A stretch of 64,000 nt of DNA from Sminthopsis crassicaudata (GCF_048593235.1 NC_133621.1:299097146-299161145); one strand, 5' to 3'; numbered from the stretch's first letter, positions 36,594 to 49,703 are shown. Numbers and translations: made by a program. The notes: generated by a model not told the origin, from the letters alone.

Positions 36594-36907
36594 TTCCCTT
36601 TTATTCTGATTTTTCTTGCATAATATGACAAATATGGGAATATGTTTAAAAGAATTGTACATATTTAACTTATATCAGATTACTTGCTGTCTTGGGGAGG
36701 GGGGAGATAAGGGAAGGAGAAAGGGAGGAAAATTTGGAATACAAAGCCTTACAAAAACAAATGTTGAAAATGATATATGTATTTGAAAAAATAAAATACT
36801 ATTAAAAATAAAAATAAAATTTAAAAAACTTTCACAAAATGAAAAAACACCACCACCATGCTTCTCTGCTGCGCAATACTACCACAACACATGCAGACAC
36901 ACCTAGA

Positions 36908-36909
<2 letters not shown>

Positions 36910-36956
<47 letters not shown>
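36910..36956. repeat. (CA)n microsatellite
   Basis: Direct reading. Confidence 0.95.
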
Positions 36957-36957
<1 letters not shown>

Positions 36958-38149
36958 TTGGTTGATCTTGGTGCCCTGGATCCAACTGAGCCAATCAGGC
37001 TGGTTCAAACTTCAGGAGCATCCACAAGTGTAAGTCATTGGGTCCTTTCTCCTAAGGGACTAACCAGGGCTGGAATTCATTTAAGGTCCAGATTCTAGTA
37101 AGCCAATGAGAGGGGATGCCCTGAATGACAGTTTAAGGGGCCATGTGACTCCTGTCCAGATTTTAAGTGGAAAAGAGACCCTGCTCCTCACATGCTGTGA
37201 GGATCCTTGGTGGGATATGGTGGGATCCTTGATCTCTTTCCCTGGGACTGTTTTTGTGCTTGTCTCCTTGCCTCAGGAATTATTTACTAATTTATTTATT
37301 AAAGTTTTAAGATGCTATCAGAGGGCCACCATGAGCCCTTTAAATGAGCCCAACTATCCCCTCTGTAATTCTCCCCTAGGAACTTGGAACTGAATAAATT
37401 TTTATTCCTGTGCATGGATATGTGCCCATATCCATGAGCTGAAGTACTTTTGAGGATGGAGGCTTTCCTCAGGGCTGTCCTGCCCATACTCAGCTGCCCA
37501 GGGTCTGGCTTACAGTTCTCATTCCCTTCCCCTCAAATGCTGGAAAACCCTAGAGAGGGAGAGAGATGAGAGAAGCAGAGAGAGCTGAAAAGAACCATAA
37601 GTGAAGGTAGGGCTATGGGCAGGCTACCAAGTCTCAGCCTTGAATATATTGAGTCCTGGAGGCATATTAGATCTTACAGAGGCTCCAGTGATCATCCTAG
37701 ATAGGCTGGGTAAACACAGGACAGGCCATCCAATGCCTTATTTAGAGAGAGCTTATTGTCATTTGCTGGGGGAATGGATGACTAGAATCAGAGAACCCAG
37801 AATAGGAACAGTCATCAGAGAATGTTGGGTGACCTCCCAGACTCCCTCTGGCTTCCCTGTCTCACCCTGTAAAGAAGAAGGTAGGAGAGATCTGGGTTAG
37901 AATTCTGGCACTGCCCTGCTAGCTGTGTGGCCCAAAAATATCACATGCCTGCATAAAACCTCATTTTCCTTTTCTGTAACATCAGGAGAGAGAAGTTTCA
38001 ATTTCAAAGTTCTGAACTCACAAAAGTACCTTTACCATAGGTCAGGTATAAGTAGTCTATATGAGCAACTCCTATGACTAGAAGAAGGTAAAGTTTGCAA
38101 AGTACTTCTCTTCAAACAACATTATATTTTCCCATTTTTAAATTGTCTA

Positions 38150-38890
38150 TGTGAGTGGATGCCCATCAATTGAGGAATGGCTGAATAAGTTGTGATATTT
38201 GAGTGTAATGGAATACTTCTTTTCTAGAAGAAATTATGAACAGGATGATTTCAGAAAAGCCTAGAAAGACTTACATGAACTGATCCTGAGTGAAGTGATC
38301 AGAACCGAGAACAATGTACACAGTAACAACAAGATTGTATGATTTTAACATATTTAACATGTATGGAACTACCTGCCATCTAGAGGAAGGGGGTGGGGAG
38401 AACGAGGGGAAAAGTTGGAACAGAAGATTTTTCAAGGGTCAATGCTGAAAAATTACCCATGCATAGATCTTGTAAATAAAAAGCTATAATAAAAGAAAAG
38501 AAAAAGAGATTGTATGATGATCAATTATGGTAGAATTAGTAATTCTTCTCAGTAATACAGTGCCCCAAGACAATTCCAATAGACTTGAGAGGAAAAATGC
38601 CATCTGCATCCAGAGAAAGAATCATGGAGATGAAATGAGGATCAAGGTATTCTTTTTTCATTTTTTGTTTTTCTTTCTCTTAGTCTTTCCTTTTTGTTCT
38701 GATTTTTCTTTACCAACATGACTAATATGAAAATATGTTTTAAAAAGTGATTGTATCTCTATCTGATTGCTTCCTTTCTTGGGGAAAGGGAATGTAAGAG
38801 AGAGGGAGAAAAATTGGAACTCAAAACCTTACAAAATGAATATTGAAAACAATATTTATGTGTATCTGGAAAAAAAATAAAATAACGCTA
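38150..38890 (+). mobile_element. LINE-1 3' fragments
   Basis: L1 ORF2-end and 3'UTR motifs with A-rich tails. Confidence 0.75.
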
Positions 38891-39399
38891 AAATTTTTTA
38901 ATCTGCTTGATAATTTTAAAAGGCAAAACAGTTCATTATACAAAGCACCCATTCATTGATTTTTAAGATTCTTATATCAGGTTCATGATTGAAGTAAAGA
39001 AAGAAATAGCAAGTGTATACAAACTTATATTCTCTGAAGATTCAGGATTGGAAAAACAAATGCAAAAGACTGTACTAAATTGTATGAAATTTTATTGCTG
39101 GCAGATTTTAGCAAAATTGTCTAGGAACCTTCTACAAGTGATATGGAACCAGAGGAGCACAGCCTCTTTCAGAACTGTCTTGAGAATGAGACCTATTCCA
39201 GAATGAACAAGAGAAGATATTTCCTGGAATCAGAGGGCTATATGAATTTTTTGGGATTCAAAATATGGTGATTAAATGGACATTGGAAGTGGCTTACTGG
39301 GATACAAGGACACTTGATTTTAGTTAATAATGATGAAAAAAAAAACTATGTCTTTGCTGTGACATTTTGTTTCATGGTGTCTCTTTTTGTGTTGAAGCT

Positions 39400-40762
39400 T
39401 CACCAAGATAAGATCAAAATGGGTCCATGACCTAGGCATAAAGAATTAGATTATAAATAAATTAGAAGAACATAGGATAATTTACCTCTCAGACCTGTGG
39501 AAGAGGAAGGAATTTATGATCAAGGAGGAACTAGAGATCACTATTGATCACAAAATAGAAAATTTTGATTATATCAAATTGAAAAGATTTTGTACAAACA
39601 AAACTAATGCAGACAAGATTAGAAGGGAAGCAATAAACTGGGAAAACATTTTTACAGTCAAAGGTTCCGATAAAGGCCTCATTTCCAAACTATATAGAGA
39701 ATTGACTCTAATTTATAAGAAATCAAGCCATTCTCCAATTGATAACTGGTCAAAGGATATGAACAGACAATTCTCAGATTAAGAAATTGAAACTATTTCT
39801 AGCCATATAAAAAGATGCTCCAAGTCATTATTAATTAGAGAAATGCAAATTAAGACAACTTTGAGATACCACTATATATCTGTCAGATTGGCTAGAATGA
39901 CACGGAAAAATAATGATGAATGTTGGAGGGGATGTGGGAAAACTGGGACACTGATATATTGTTGGTGGAATTGTGAATACATCCAGAAATTTTGGAGAAT
40001 GATTTGGAACTATGTTCAAAAAGTTATCAAACTGTGCATGCCCTTTGATCCAGCAGTGTTACTACTGGGCTTATATCCCAAAGAGATCTCAAAGAAGGGA
40101 AAAGGACCTGTATGTGCAAGAATGTTTGTGGCAGCCCTCTTTGTAGTGGCCAGAAACTGGAAACTGAGTGGATGCCCATCAATTGGAGAAGGGCTGAATA
40201 AATTGTGGTATATAAATATTATGTAAGAAATGACCAACAAGATGATTTCAGAAAGGCCTGGAGAGACTTGCATGAACTGATGCAGAGTGAAATGAGCAGG
40301 ACCAGGAAATTGTTGTATACTTCAACAACAATACTATATGATGATCAATTCTGATGGACGTGGCCCTCTTCAACAATGAGATGAACCAAATCAGTTTCAA
40401 TAGAGCAGTAATGAAGTGAACCAGCTACACCCAGTGAAAGAACTCTGGGAGATGACTATGAACCACGACATAGAATTCCCAATCCCTCTATTTTTGTCCG
40501 CCTGCATTTCTGATTTCCTTCACAGGCTAATTGTACACTATTTCAAAGTCCGATTCTTTTTGTACACCAAAATAACTATATGGACAAGTATACATATATT
40601 GTATTTAACTTATACTTTAACATATTTAACATGTATTAGTCAACCTGCCATGGGTGGGAAGGGGAAAGAGGGGAAAAGTTGGAACAAAAGGTTTGCAATT
40701 GTCAGTGCTGAAAAATTACATTTATCTTGTAAATAACAAAGCTATAATAAAAAAATTTTTAA
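39400..40762 (+). mobile_element. 5'-truncated LINE-1 (ORF2 C-terminus and 3'UTR)
   Basis: ORF-track peptides IDHKIENFDYIKLK and CWRGCGKTGTLIYCWWNC; poly(A) end. Confidence 0.92.
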
Positions 40763-42320
40763 AGTTGTTTCCTTGGTTACCTTGGTGATATGTATATCTC
40801 CCTTCTCAAAATTAGTCTATGTTGTAGATTCTGCAACTTGATAGGCAATTCTGATTATGAATTTATGAAAAATCCTTAAGGATTTAATTTGTACTAGGGA
40901 AGAATGAGTTTTCCACTTTGGTATCAATCAAAGGGGGAAATGAAGAAATTGAAAGGATTAGGACAGGGAGTGATTAATTCTGTGAACTGAATGATTTACC
41001 TTGACTCTATCTTGGTAATCTGTTCTGAAGTCACAAAATTCCCTTTCTTTTCAATTATGGATCTAGTCCATATTCTTCCTCAGGAGAATTTTTTCCAATT
41101 GTGGGGATTGGGAGAAATCTTTGTTGTATTGTTTCAACCTAGTCTTGAACCACCTCCAGCTGAACCACCTCTCCCTGATGCTTAGAGACCTTAACTAAAG
41201 ACCTAATTTGGGCTGCCCTGAAAGCTGCTCAGATCTAAAGATTAGTGCAAGGAGTTTTCTCACAAATATTCTTCTCAAGCAAGCTATTTGTCTTATCTGA
41301 AAACTGGCTCTGTATTGATTAATCATACACTTGAGGAAGTGAGACATCTGTTTTTCTGAATTCAGAAAATTGCACCTGAAGAATCCCCCCCCAACTTGAA
41401 AAATTCCCATTTTTTCATCCAATTAGAAATCAAATTACCCAATGTGGTATTAGTTCCTTTTGATTAATTGACTTCACTTGATTTATTATATTTCATATAC
41501 AAAAATCTGTCTCCTCCCTGTATTTGAGGTGCCATCCTAAAATGAGGAAGAGGACTGGTCCTGGTTTGTTGGGTAATTGCCAGGCAATGTTTAATATATC
41601 AATAATCTTGGAAGACAGTTTCTTTGTCTTCTCAGTCAATTAATCTTTCATCCATAAGGATTAGGAAGTGGGTTGGGGCAAGGATTTTTATCTCCTTTTT
41701 ATAGAGGAGGAAACTGAGATTCAGAGTGAGGATATGATATGCCCATGAGTCACATAGCTGGCAGAGCACAGATGTGGAAGTGGGGTGGTACCAGGATTAT
41801 GGGGGAGCTGAATGTTCTGGAATCAGGCTCAGGATGTGAGGCATTGAGGTTGGTGGGGATCTTGGGAAGAGGGGAGCTGTGTCAATTCTCTCCCACTCAC
41901 TTCTGGAAGGTCCCTCCACCTGGTGATTTTTTGTTTTTCCAAAATCTTCTTGACTTTTCATGACTCTCTTACTTTTGAAATAGATAGTGGGAGAAGGAAA
42001 AGATAGTGGGATGTTGGACTTGGGTATCTGAGCTTTGCCTACAAATACAGAGAGGCTGAACTACAGGAAAGGATTTAGCCTGGTCCCCTTCCTCTATTAC
42101 CTCTTGTTTCCTTCTACCTGATGGCATTTTCCTAATGTCACCAACCTCTCCCCATCATCCCTCAATTCAAGCCCCACTTTCCCATTCTCTCAGCTATGAT
42201 TTGGAGAATGCTTCCTTACTTTCTCTTCTTTCTCCCCATTTTCTCTCTTCTAGACCCAGAAGCTTTAATTCTGGAAAGAAGAGATGCCTTAGTTTCTTCC
42301 TCTGTAAGAATAAGGATGTT

Positions 42321-42437
42321 GGGAGCAGCTAGGTGGTACAATGGATAGAGCACCAGTCCTGAAGTCAGGAGGACTGAGTTCAAATCTGGCCTCAAACAAC
42401 ACTTCCTAGATGTATGATCCTGGGCAAGTCGCTTAAC
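42321..42437 (+). mobile_element. CORE-SINE cut by an assembly gap
   Basis: SINE head and body run into Ns at 42438. Confidence 0.85.
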
Positions 42438-42802
42438 NNNNNNNNNNNNNNNNNNNNNNNNNNNNNNNNNNNNNNNNNNNNNNNNNNNNNNNNNNNNNNN
42501 NNNNNNNNNNNNNNNNNNNNNNNNNNNNNNNNNNNNNNNNNNNNNNNNNNNNNNNNNNNNNNNNNNNNNNNNNNNNNNNNNNNNNNNNNNNNNNNNNNNN
42601 NNNNNNNNNNNNNNNNNNNNNNNNNNNNNNNNNNNNNNNNNNNNNNNNNNNNNNNNNNNNNNNNNNNNNNNNNNNNNNNNNNNNNNNNNNNNNNNNNNNN
42701 NNNNNNNNNNNNNNNNNNNNNNNNNNNNNNNNNNNNNNNNNNNNNNNNNNNNNNNNNNNNNNNNNNNNNNNNNNNNNNNNNNNNNNNNNNNNNNNNNNNN
42801 NN
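42438..42802. other. Assembly gap (365 N)
   Basis: Run of N. Confidence 1.
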
Positions 42803-45624
42803 TTCCAGATCTGAATCGATAATCTTAATGGGCCCTTTCTTGGAACACTCTGAGCTATTAATTCCCAAACTCATTGTTCTACCTGGGGTAGGGGCTTTCT
42901 CTCTCACATACACACACACCCTCCCTGGGTAGAACTGGAAGCCCTACATCCAACTGAGCCAATCAGGACTGAAGTAGTCAGTCTTGTCTCTTAAGGGTTG
43001 GAATCCATTGAAGTTCCAGAGACTGCTGGACCAATGGAAGTTGATGTCCTTTGTGCCAGTCTGAGGGACCATGTGGCTCCTGCCCAGAATTTAAGTGGAA
43101 AGAGGACCCTGGTCCCCATGTGATGTGATGACCATCACTTTTCCTGGAACTGTTGATATGCTTGTCCTCCTACTCCACTACTTGTTCATTTACTGATCCA
43201 TTTCTCAAGCTTTTAGGATGCTCCAGGAGGGATCACCATGACTATTCTAAATGTAACCAACTCCCCTTTCTTCTACACCACTTGGAACTGAAGAAATTCT
43301 GTTTATGGTGTAAAGTACGCTTAAGAATGAAGGCTTTTCTCAGGGGTATGTCCTGCCCAGTGTCTGACCTACGGCTGTCAGGCCAGTCAGTCCATTCCTT
43401 CCAAATGCTTGAAAACTGTGGAGAAGAAGAGATTTGAGAAACAAAGGGAGCTAACTTCACCCTAAGTGAAGGTGGGGACAACATATCTCAGGTCTGAGTA
43501 AGCTGAATCCTGAAAATCCTGAAGGTAATTTTAACCTTGGAGGATCTCCAGAGACCACCCTAGAGAGACTGGACAGACCCAAGAGAAGTCTTCTTCAGAG
43601 ACAGTTCGTGGTTATTTCTTGGGGAAAGAATGAATAGAATCAATCAGAAAAGGCCAAACTGGAAAGTGTCATTAACCAAAGAAGGTTAAGTGACCTCTCA
43701 GACCCTTATGGCTGCACAGCCTCAGTGAGGACAGGGAAAATAGGAAAGACATGGGTTAGAGTTATGGCACTGCCGTGCCAGCCATGTGACCCAGAGATGT
43801 CACATTTCCACATGGAACATCAGCTTACTATTCTGTAAAATGAAGAACATGACCCAGGAAGGGAGAAAGATGTCTCAGATTTAAGTCTCTGGACTCCCAA
43901 AGGTACCTCCTCTCTTAGTTGTAGTTCTTCCTTTTTAAAATGATATCACTATGTTGAGGTCAAGTTTTGACCAACTGTGGCTGAACAGATTCACAGAAAA
44001 GTGGAAAACTCTATTGCAGATTCAGCAGAAGTAGTCCATATGACTAACTCTTATTTGTAGTGGAAGTTAAAATTTGCACAGAGAACTTAGTCTGATCCTT
44101 CTCAAGCCCAAAGGAAGAACAGGGAGGAGTTTGGAAAGGTGCAAATGGACCAGTCCATTCAATCCAACAAGTAGAGCTGAACAAAAATAGAACCAGTTGA
44201 TGACAAGTAGCTCTTTAATAATCTTTAAAAAGAATTCATCTTACAAATCAGATCCTCATGAATTTTTAAAAGATTTTTTATCAGGTACAGGATTGAGGTA
44301 ATGGAAAAAAAAAACAAATCGTATATTAAAATGGAAGTTCTCTGAAGTTTCAAAAAGACAATGTACTAAATCATATGAAATTTTTATTACTGACAAATCT
44401 TAACATTATCTAGAAATCTTCTACAAGTGATTTGGAATCAGAGCAGCAAGGCATCTTTCAGAGCTGCCCTGAGAATGGGACCTCTCCCAGAAGTTCCAAG
44501 AGAAGATATTTCCTGGCACCAGAGGGTCTACATGAAACATGTAGGATTCAAAATATGGATTAAATGGACATTGAGAGTGGCTTACTGGGGACAGCTTTGT
44601 CTCCCCAGTCATTTAATTATTCACCCATAGCAACTAGGAAGGGGGTTGGTACAAAGACTGTTATGTCCTTTTTATAGAGAAAGAAACTGAGATTCATCTT
44701 GTGGCTAACATGCCCAGGATTACATACCTGGCAGTGCAGGATGGGGAAGTGGGATGGTGCCAGGACTGAAAGAGAACTGAAAGTTCTGGAATTCACCAGG
44801 ATGTGAGACATTGGTCAGGGGAGCTTGGAAGGAAGGGAGCTGTATCTGTTTTGTCCCACTAACTGCTGGAAGCTTTCTCTCACCATCATTTTTTCTTTCT
44901 TTCTCCAACCTCTCCAAAGTTTATGGAGTGATTCTCTTGCTTTTGAGACCAATGGTGGGAGAAGAAATAGTTAGGGGTGTTATTACTTGAGTATGTAGCC
45001 TGGTCTAGGAACACAGAGGAGCTGTCCTACAGAGAACTTAGTCTGATCCTTCTCAAGCCCAAAGGAAGAACCAGGAGGAGTTTGGAAAGGTGCAAATGGA
45101 CCAGTCCATTCAATCCAACAAGTAGAGCTGAACAAAAATAGAACCAGTTGATGACAAAGGGAGTTAGTTTCACATTGTTGGAAGTCTTTAAAGGGAGCTT
45201 TAGTGACCATGGGGTGGGGTTGGGGGGGGAGAGTGATTTTTTAAAATGGGTAAGAAAATCACAGGCTCAGCCTCAGGCACATTTCAGTCTTAATCTCTTT
45301 ACAATTTGAGGAATAAGGGCTCTGTAAGGCTGGAGATCCTTGGGGAGCTGTCCAAAGGCTTTGAAGAGACATAATCCCTCAGGCCCATAATCCCTCAGGC
45401 CAGATAGAGACCAAGCTACTTCCATTGTATTAGATTGCTTGCCATCTAGGGAGGGAGTGGGGGAAAGGAGGAGAAAATCTGAAATACTAGGCTTATTCGA
45501 GGGTCAATGTAGAAAAATTGCCCATGCAAATGTTTTGTAAATAAAAAGCTATAATAAAAAAAATTTTAAAAGACAAAAAGAAAAGAAAAATTATTCATGC
45601 ATATGTTTTGAAATAAAAAAACTT

Positions 45625-45747
45625 GGGGCATCTAGGTGATACAGTGGATATAGAGCACCAGTCCTGAAGTCAGGAGGATCTGAGTTCAAATGTGAGCTTA
45701 GACACTTAACACTTCCTAGATGGTCACTTAACCCAATTGCCTTAGCC
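45625..45747 (+). mobile_element. CORE-SINE
   Basis: tRNA-like head, internally deleted body. Confidence 0.8.
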
Positions 45748-45805
45748 AGACAGAGAGACAGAGACAGAGGAAGGGAGGAAGGCAGAAAGCTTTAAAATAA
45801 ATTCT

Positions 45806-46256
45806 NNNNNNNNNNNNNNNNNNNNNNNNNNNNNNNNNNNNNNNNNNNNNNNNNNNNNNNNNNNNNNNNNNNNNNNNNNNNNNNNNNNNNNNNNNNNNNN
45901 NNNNNNNNNNNNNNNNNNNNNNNNNNNNNNNNNNNNNNNNNNNNNNNNNNNNNNNNNNNNNNNNNNNNNNNNNNNNNNNNNNNNNNNNNNNNNNNNNNNN
46001 NNNNNNNNNNNNNNNNNNNNNNNNNNNNNNNNNNNNNNNNNNNNNNNNNNNNNNNNNNNNNNNNNNNNNNNNNNNNNNNNNNNNNNNNNNNNNNNNNNNN
46101 NNNNNNNNNNNNNNNNNNNNNNNNNNNNNNNNNNNNNNNNNNNNNNNNNNNNNNNNNNNNNNNNNNNNNNNNNNNNNNNNNNNNNNNNNNNNNNNNNNNN
46201 NNNNNNNNNNNNNNNNNNNNNNNNNNNNNNNNNNNNNNNNNNNNNNNNNNNNNNNN
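45806..46256. other. Assembly gap (451 N), upstream of the gene F promoter
   Basis: Run of N. Confidence 1.
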
Positions 46257-46801
46257 TGGGCCATGCTCTGATTAGGATTTCCCCCATCGATGGACTCTTT
46301 GGGGGCCGAGGGGCTGGTTCTCAGCCAGCCGAGAGCACGGCCATCCATCTAGAGGGTGGCCCCCTGCCCCTTCCCGCCACCATCGGATTCTTGGTGATTC
46401 TCAAAGTACTTTTCCATTCCACTCGCCCCAACCCCCTCCCCAAAGGATAGTGTTGGGGTTTGGATGTAGGAGAAAATCCAGAAAGGGACAGAGCTCTCTG
46501 TGAAGGGAGAGTCCCCAAAAGCTTGGCTCCTCCTTGATTGGCTCCCCTTCCCAGAAAGACTTCCAAAACGCCGGCGGCCCCGCCTCTGCGATGGGCCCCT
46601 CCTCCCCTGGGGTCAGTATTGGGGGAAAGTGCCAGCGGGGAGGGCTGGAGGTGTGTGGAGGTGGGGAAATCCGGAAATCCGGCAGCTATTTGAAGGGTCG
46701 CACACCTGCCGAGTTTAGCATCTCGCGGTTGGGACTGGACGTTATCCCTCAGGGACCCAGAGCAGCCGGGAGAATCGCCAGAGCCTTTCTCACTCTCCAT
46801 T

Positions 46802-49703
46802 ATGATGTTGGGAGTGAGTGCACCAGAGTATAAACTGCGGATGTCCCTGTCCTGGGTATAGGTTAAGGGTTCGATGGTGGGGAATCCTCTGGGGTTGGGG
46901 AGACTTGCGAAGAGCGTGCTCCTAGCTCCTGGCGGGGGGGGTGGGAGGGGTGGAGAGGATGCTCTATCCTCGCTCTCTGAAGGAGCTGGAGTACCTTGAA
47001 CTTCTTCTCTAACCCCCCAATTCTAACCTCTCCAGCCCTTCAAGGGCTGCTCGCCCCCTTGAGACTTGTTTTTGGCAAGCTGCTAAATCCACAGAGCTCC
47101 CAGGAGAGGGGAGCTAGGGAGAATGGGAATCAACATGGACTATGGATTATGGATTAATGAATTATGGACTATGGATTAATAGACTCTGAGGGCTCCGCGG
47201 GGCTGATGAGGGGCGGGGCGAGGGGGGAGATGTGTTAGGATGTCGGGGAATTTCCTTCCTTGAATGAAGAGGCAAGGTGGGATTTGATGGGAATGGAAAT
47301 AGCAAGGGCTCAGACGTTCTGAAATGAATGACTGCCTTAGAGGTAACTCCAACCCAGCCACAGATAGAGAGAGAATCCAGGCTGAAAAAGCTCCGTTGGA
47401 ACGAGAGAAGGTTGAAGGTGGGAGAGAAGAAATAGGGCAAAGGGTCCCAGGAGGATTTTTTAGGTTCCCTCTACTTCTAGTCCCCGCCCCTTTAAATAGA
47501 AGACTGAATTTACCTCATAAATACACTTCTTGCCTCTTTTCTAGGAAACCAGTTTACAAGATTCACCCTTTCCCTTGAGTACTTCTCCATTGTAAGGGAC
47601 CACACATCTGTGCTGTCCTAGTTCCAATATACTTCTCCAAAAAGGGCTGAGGGGTCAAGAGAAGCTAAGTTCCTTGACTTTAAGGGTTCTGCCAAGGTCA
47701 CTCTTGATTCCCCCTTCTTTCTGAGTCTCCCCCTCCCTTGCCAATTCCTGTTTTCCTGGATATCCTGGATGGATCTTGTGTGGGACCAAGACTTGGCTGG
47801 AGAGAATGGGAGAATCTCTTCCTGAAAACTTTCCCCGGGAGGAATTACTTTTTGCTTAGTGAAATGAAGATAGTTTTGGGAAAAATGAAGAAAAGGGTAA
47901 GGCAGCAGGTGGGGAGCGTGGCAAAAGCAAGGGCAGATTGAACTAGCACAGAGGTTCTCCACTGAGGTACAATGTTCTCCAAACTTTTGGATAAAAACCC
48001 TTTGTCCAAATGCTAGGATTCGTGTGATAGCAATCTAAGATGGCATTGGCTTAGCCAGTGAGACAGACAGATCATGGGCCTGGATCCCCAGGAAAAACTT
48101 GGCTTCCAGTTGTGATTCTGTTGCTCACTTGTGTCATTTGGGACAGGTTGGCTTCTTTGAGCCTCAGTTTCCTGATGTAGAAAATGAGAAGTGGACGGGA
48201 TCAATCATCTTAGCTAGTTCCTCATTTAACAGATGAGGAAACTGAGATCCAGAAAGAGGAAGAGGTTCCCCCAAAGTCACCGAGTTGGGATTGACTCCCA
48301 CTTCAGCCCTAACTAGCCTGGAGGAGAGTCTGCTTTCCTAGAATATTTGTAAAATATGTGTAAAGGGTGGAACTTCCCCAACTGGAAGTTCTGGGTCTCT
48401 TCAGTTCCCGGACAGACCTGAACTTTCTGTGCTTGGTCTCTTCAGGGCATGGTTTTCCATGATTTAGACCTCTCACCTGGAAGCTGCATAAAAATAGGAG
48501 GAGATATCCCATCTGATGCCAAGCAGTAAGTGGGAGATGGGGAGGAGAGATGCAATTTAGCCCTGGGTGAGAGCCCAGTCCTTTGACTTACTTGCTTGCC
48601 CTTGACCCTTGCGGAGAAGCACCAAGCTGATACTTCATCAGCCGCAGAGGCAGGATTCAGCATCAGGAAAAACTTCCCAACCCAAGCTGCCCATTTACTG
48701 AAAGGAACAGTCCCTGCAGGTAGTAAGCTCCCTTTCCTCAGAGGTAGTAAAATATGGACCACTGTCGATCATTGAACAGGGTGGGGTAGGGATGTTCCTG
48801 AAGAAGAGAAGCCAGGATTGGGTGAGAGTGCCTTTGAGGGTCTTCTAATTCGGGAATTCCTTGAGTGGGAGGGTTGGGGGTGTTAAAGTTCTGAACTCCA
48901 TGCTAACGACCGAGACATGTTCTCAATTCCCAGCTTTAGCATAAACCTGGGAAAGGATGATCTTAACCTTGCCTTGCACTTAAACCCACGCTTCAATGCC
49001 TTCAAGGATAAGAATTTGTTAGTCTGCAACTGTCGCAATGATGGTGTTTGGAACCCTGAACAAAGGGAAAGTCACTTCCCTTTAGTTCCAGCGAGCAGGA
49101 CAGAGGTAAGGATCCAGAATCGGAGCATGGAATGGTCCACTTGGACTGGACCCAAGAGATGATTTCATCCACCCCTTGTATTTGACAGAAGAATTCTGGA
49201 AATAAACTCTGATGGGGAAAAGATGAAAGGCCAGAGGAAAAAGGGGTCAGTGGGTTTCCAAAGATCAGCAACAAGAAGGGCAACATCCCTTGAGCTGGGG
49301 AGAAGTTGGGAAGAAAGGAAGGGAATTGTGAAAAGCAGTGGTCCCAATATGGCTAGAAAAGACTCTGGGGTCTGCCAGGATAATATAACAGGATGCTAGA
49401 ATTAGAGCTGGAAAGAACCTCAGCTGTCTGACCTCCTCATTTTACAGAGGAGGAAACTGAGGCCCAAAATAGAGAAATCATTTTTTCCAAGGTCATCTTG
49501 TAGTGGAATCTGAATCCAGGACTTTCCACCTTCTCCCCATTCAGATTACCATAATCTTTGAGAAGACTTACTTTGTTGTGAAGTTGGATGATGGATATCA
49601 ATTCAATTACAACAATTACTTAAACTTCAAAACGATCAACTTCTTATCAGTTTCTGGTGACTTCAAGGTGAAAGCTGTGACCTTTGACTGCCCCTCCCAC
49701 TGA
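46802..49703 (+). CDS. Galectin-1-like paralog F, 139-140 aa, intact. Exons 46802 (or 46805)-46813, 48446-48525, 48934-49105, 49545-49703. (M)MLGGMVFHDLDLSPGSCIKIGGDIPSDAKHFSINLGKDDLNLALHLNPRFNAFKDKNLLVCNCRNDGVWNPEQRESHFPLVPASRTEITIIFEKTYFVVKLDDGYQFNYNNYLNFKTINFLSVSGDFKVKAVTFDCPSH
   Basis: GT-AG introns with 80 and 172 nt internal exons. Complete H-N-R/N/W-E-R signature. 4-residue C-terminal extension. AATAAA at 49743-49748. Confidence 0.92.

Noticed and set aside
27656-40226. RT and zinc-knuckle ORFs as host genes
   Set aside because: Broken, 5'-truncated LINE-1 ORF2 fragments.
42392-46348. ORF-track entries of 172-206 aa
   Set aside because: Artefacts of translating through N gaps.
751-49703. 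Naming any copy LGALS1 or LGALS2
   Set aside because: All are too divergent to call the LGALS1 ortholog without a tree. The 9/80/172/147 exon layout and NOL12 linkage argue against LGALS2.
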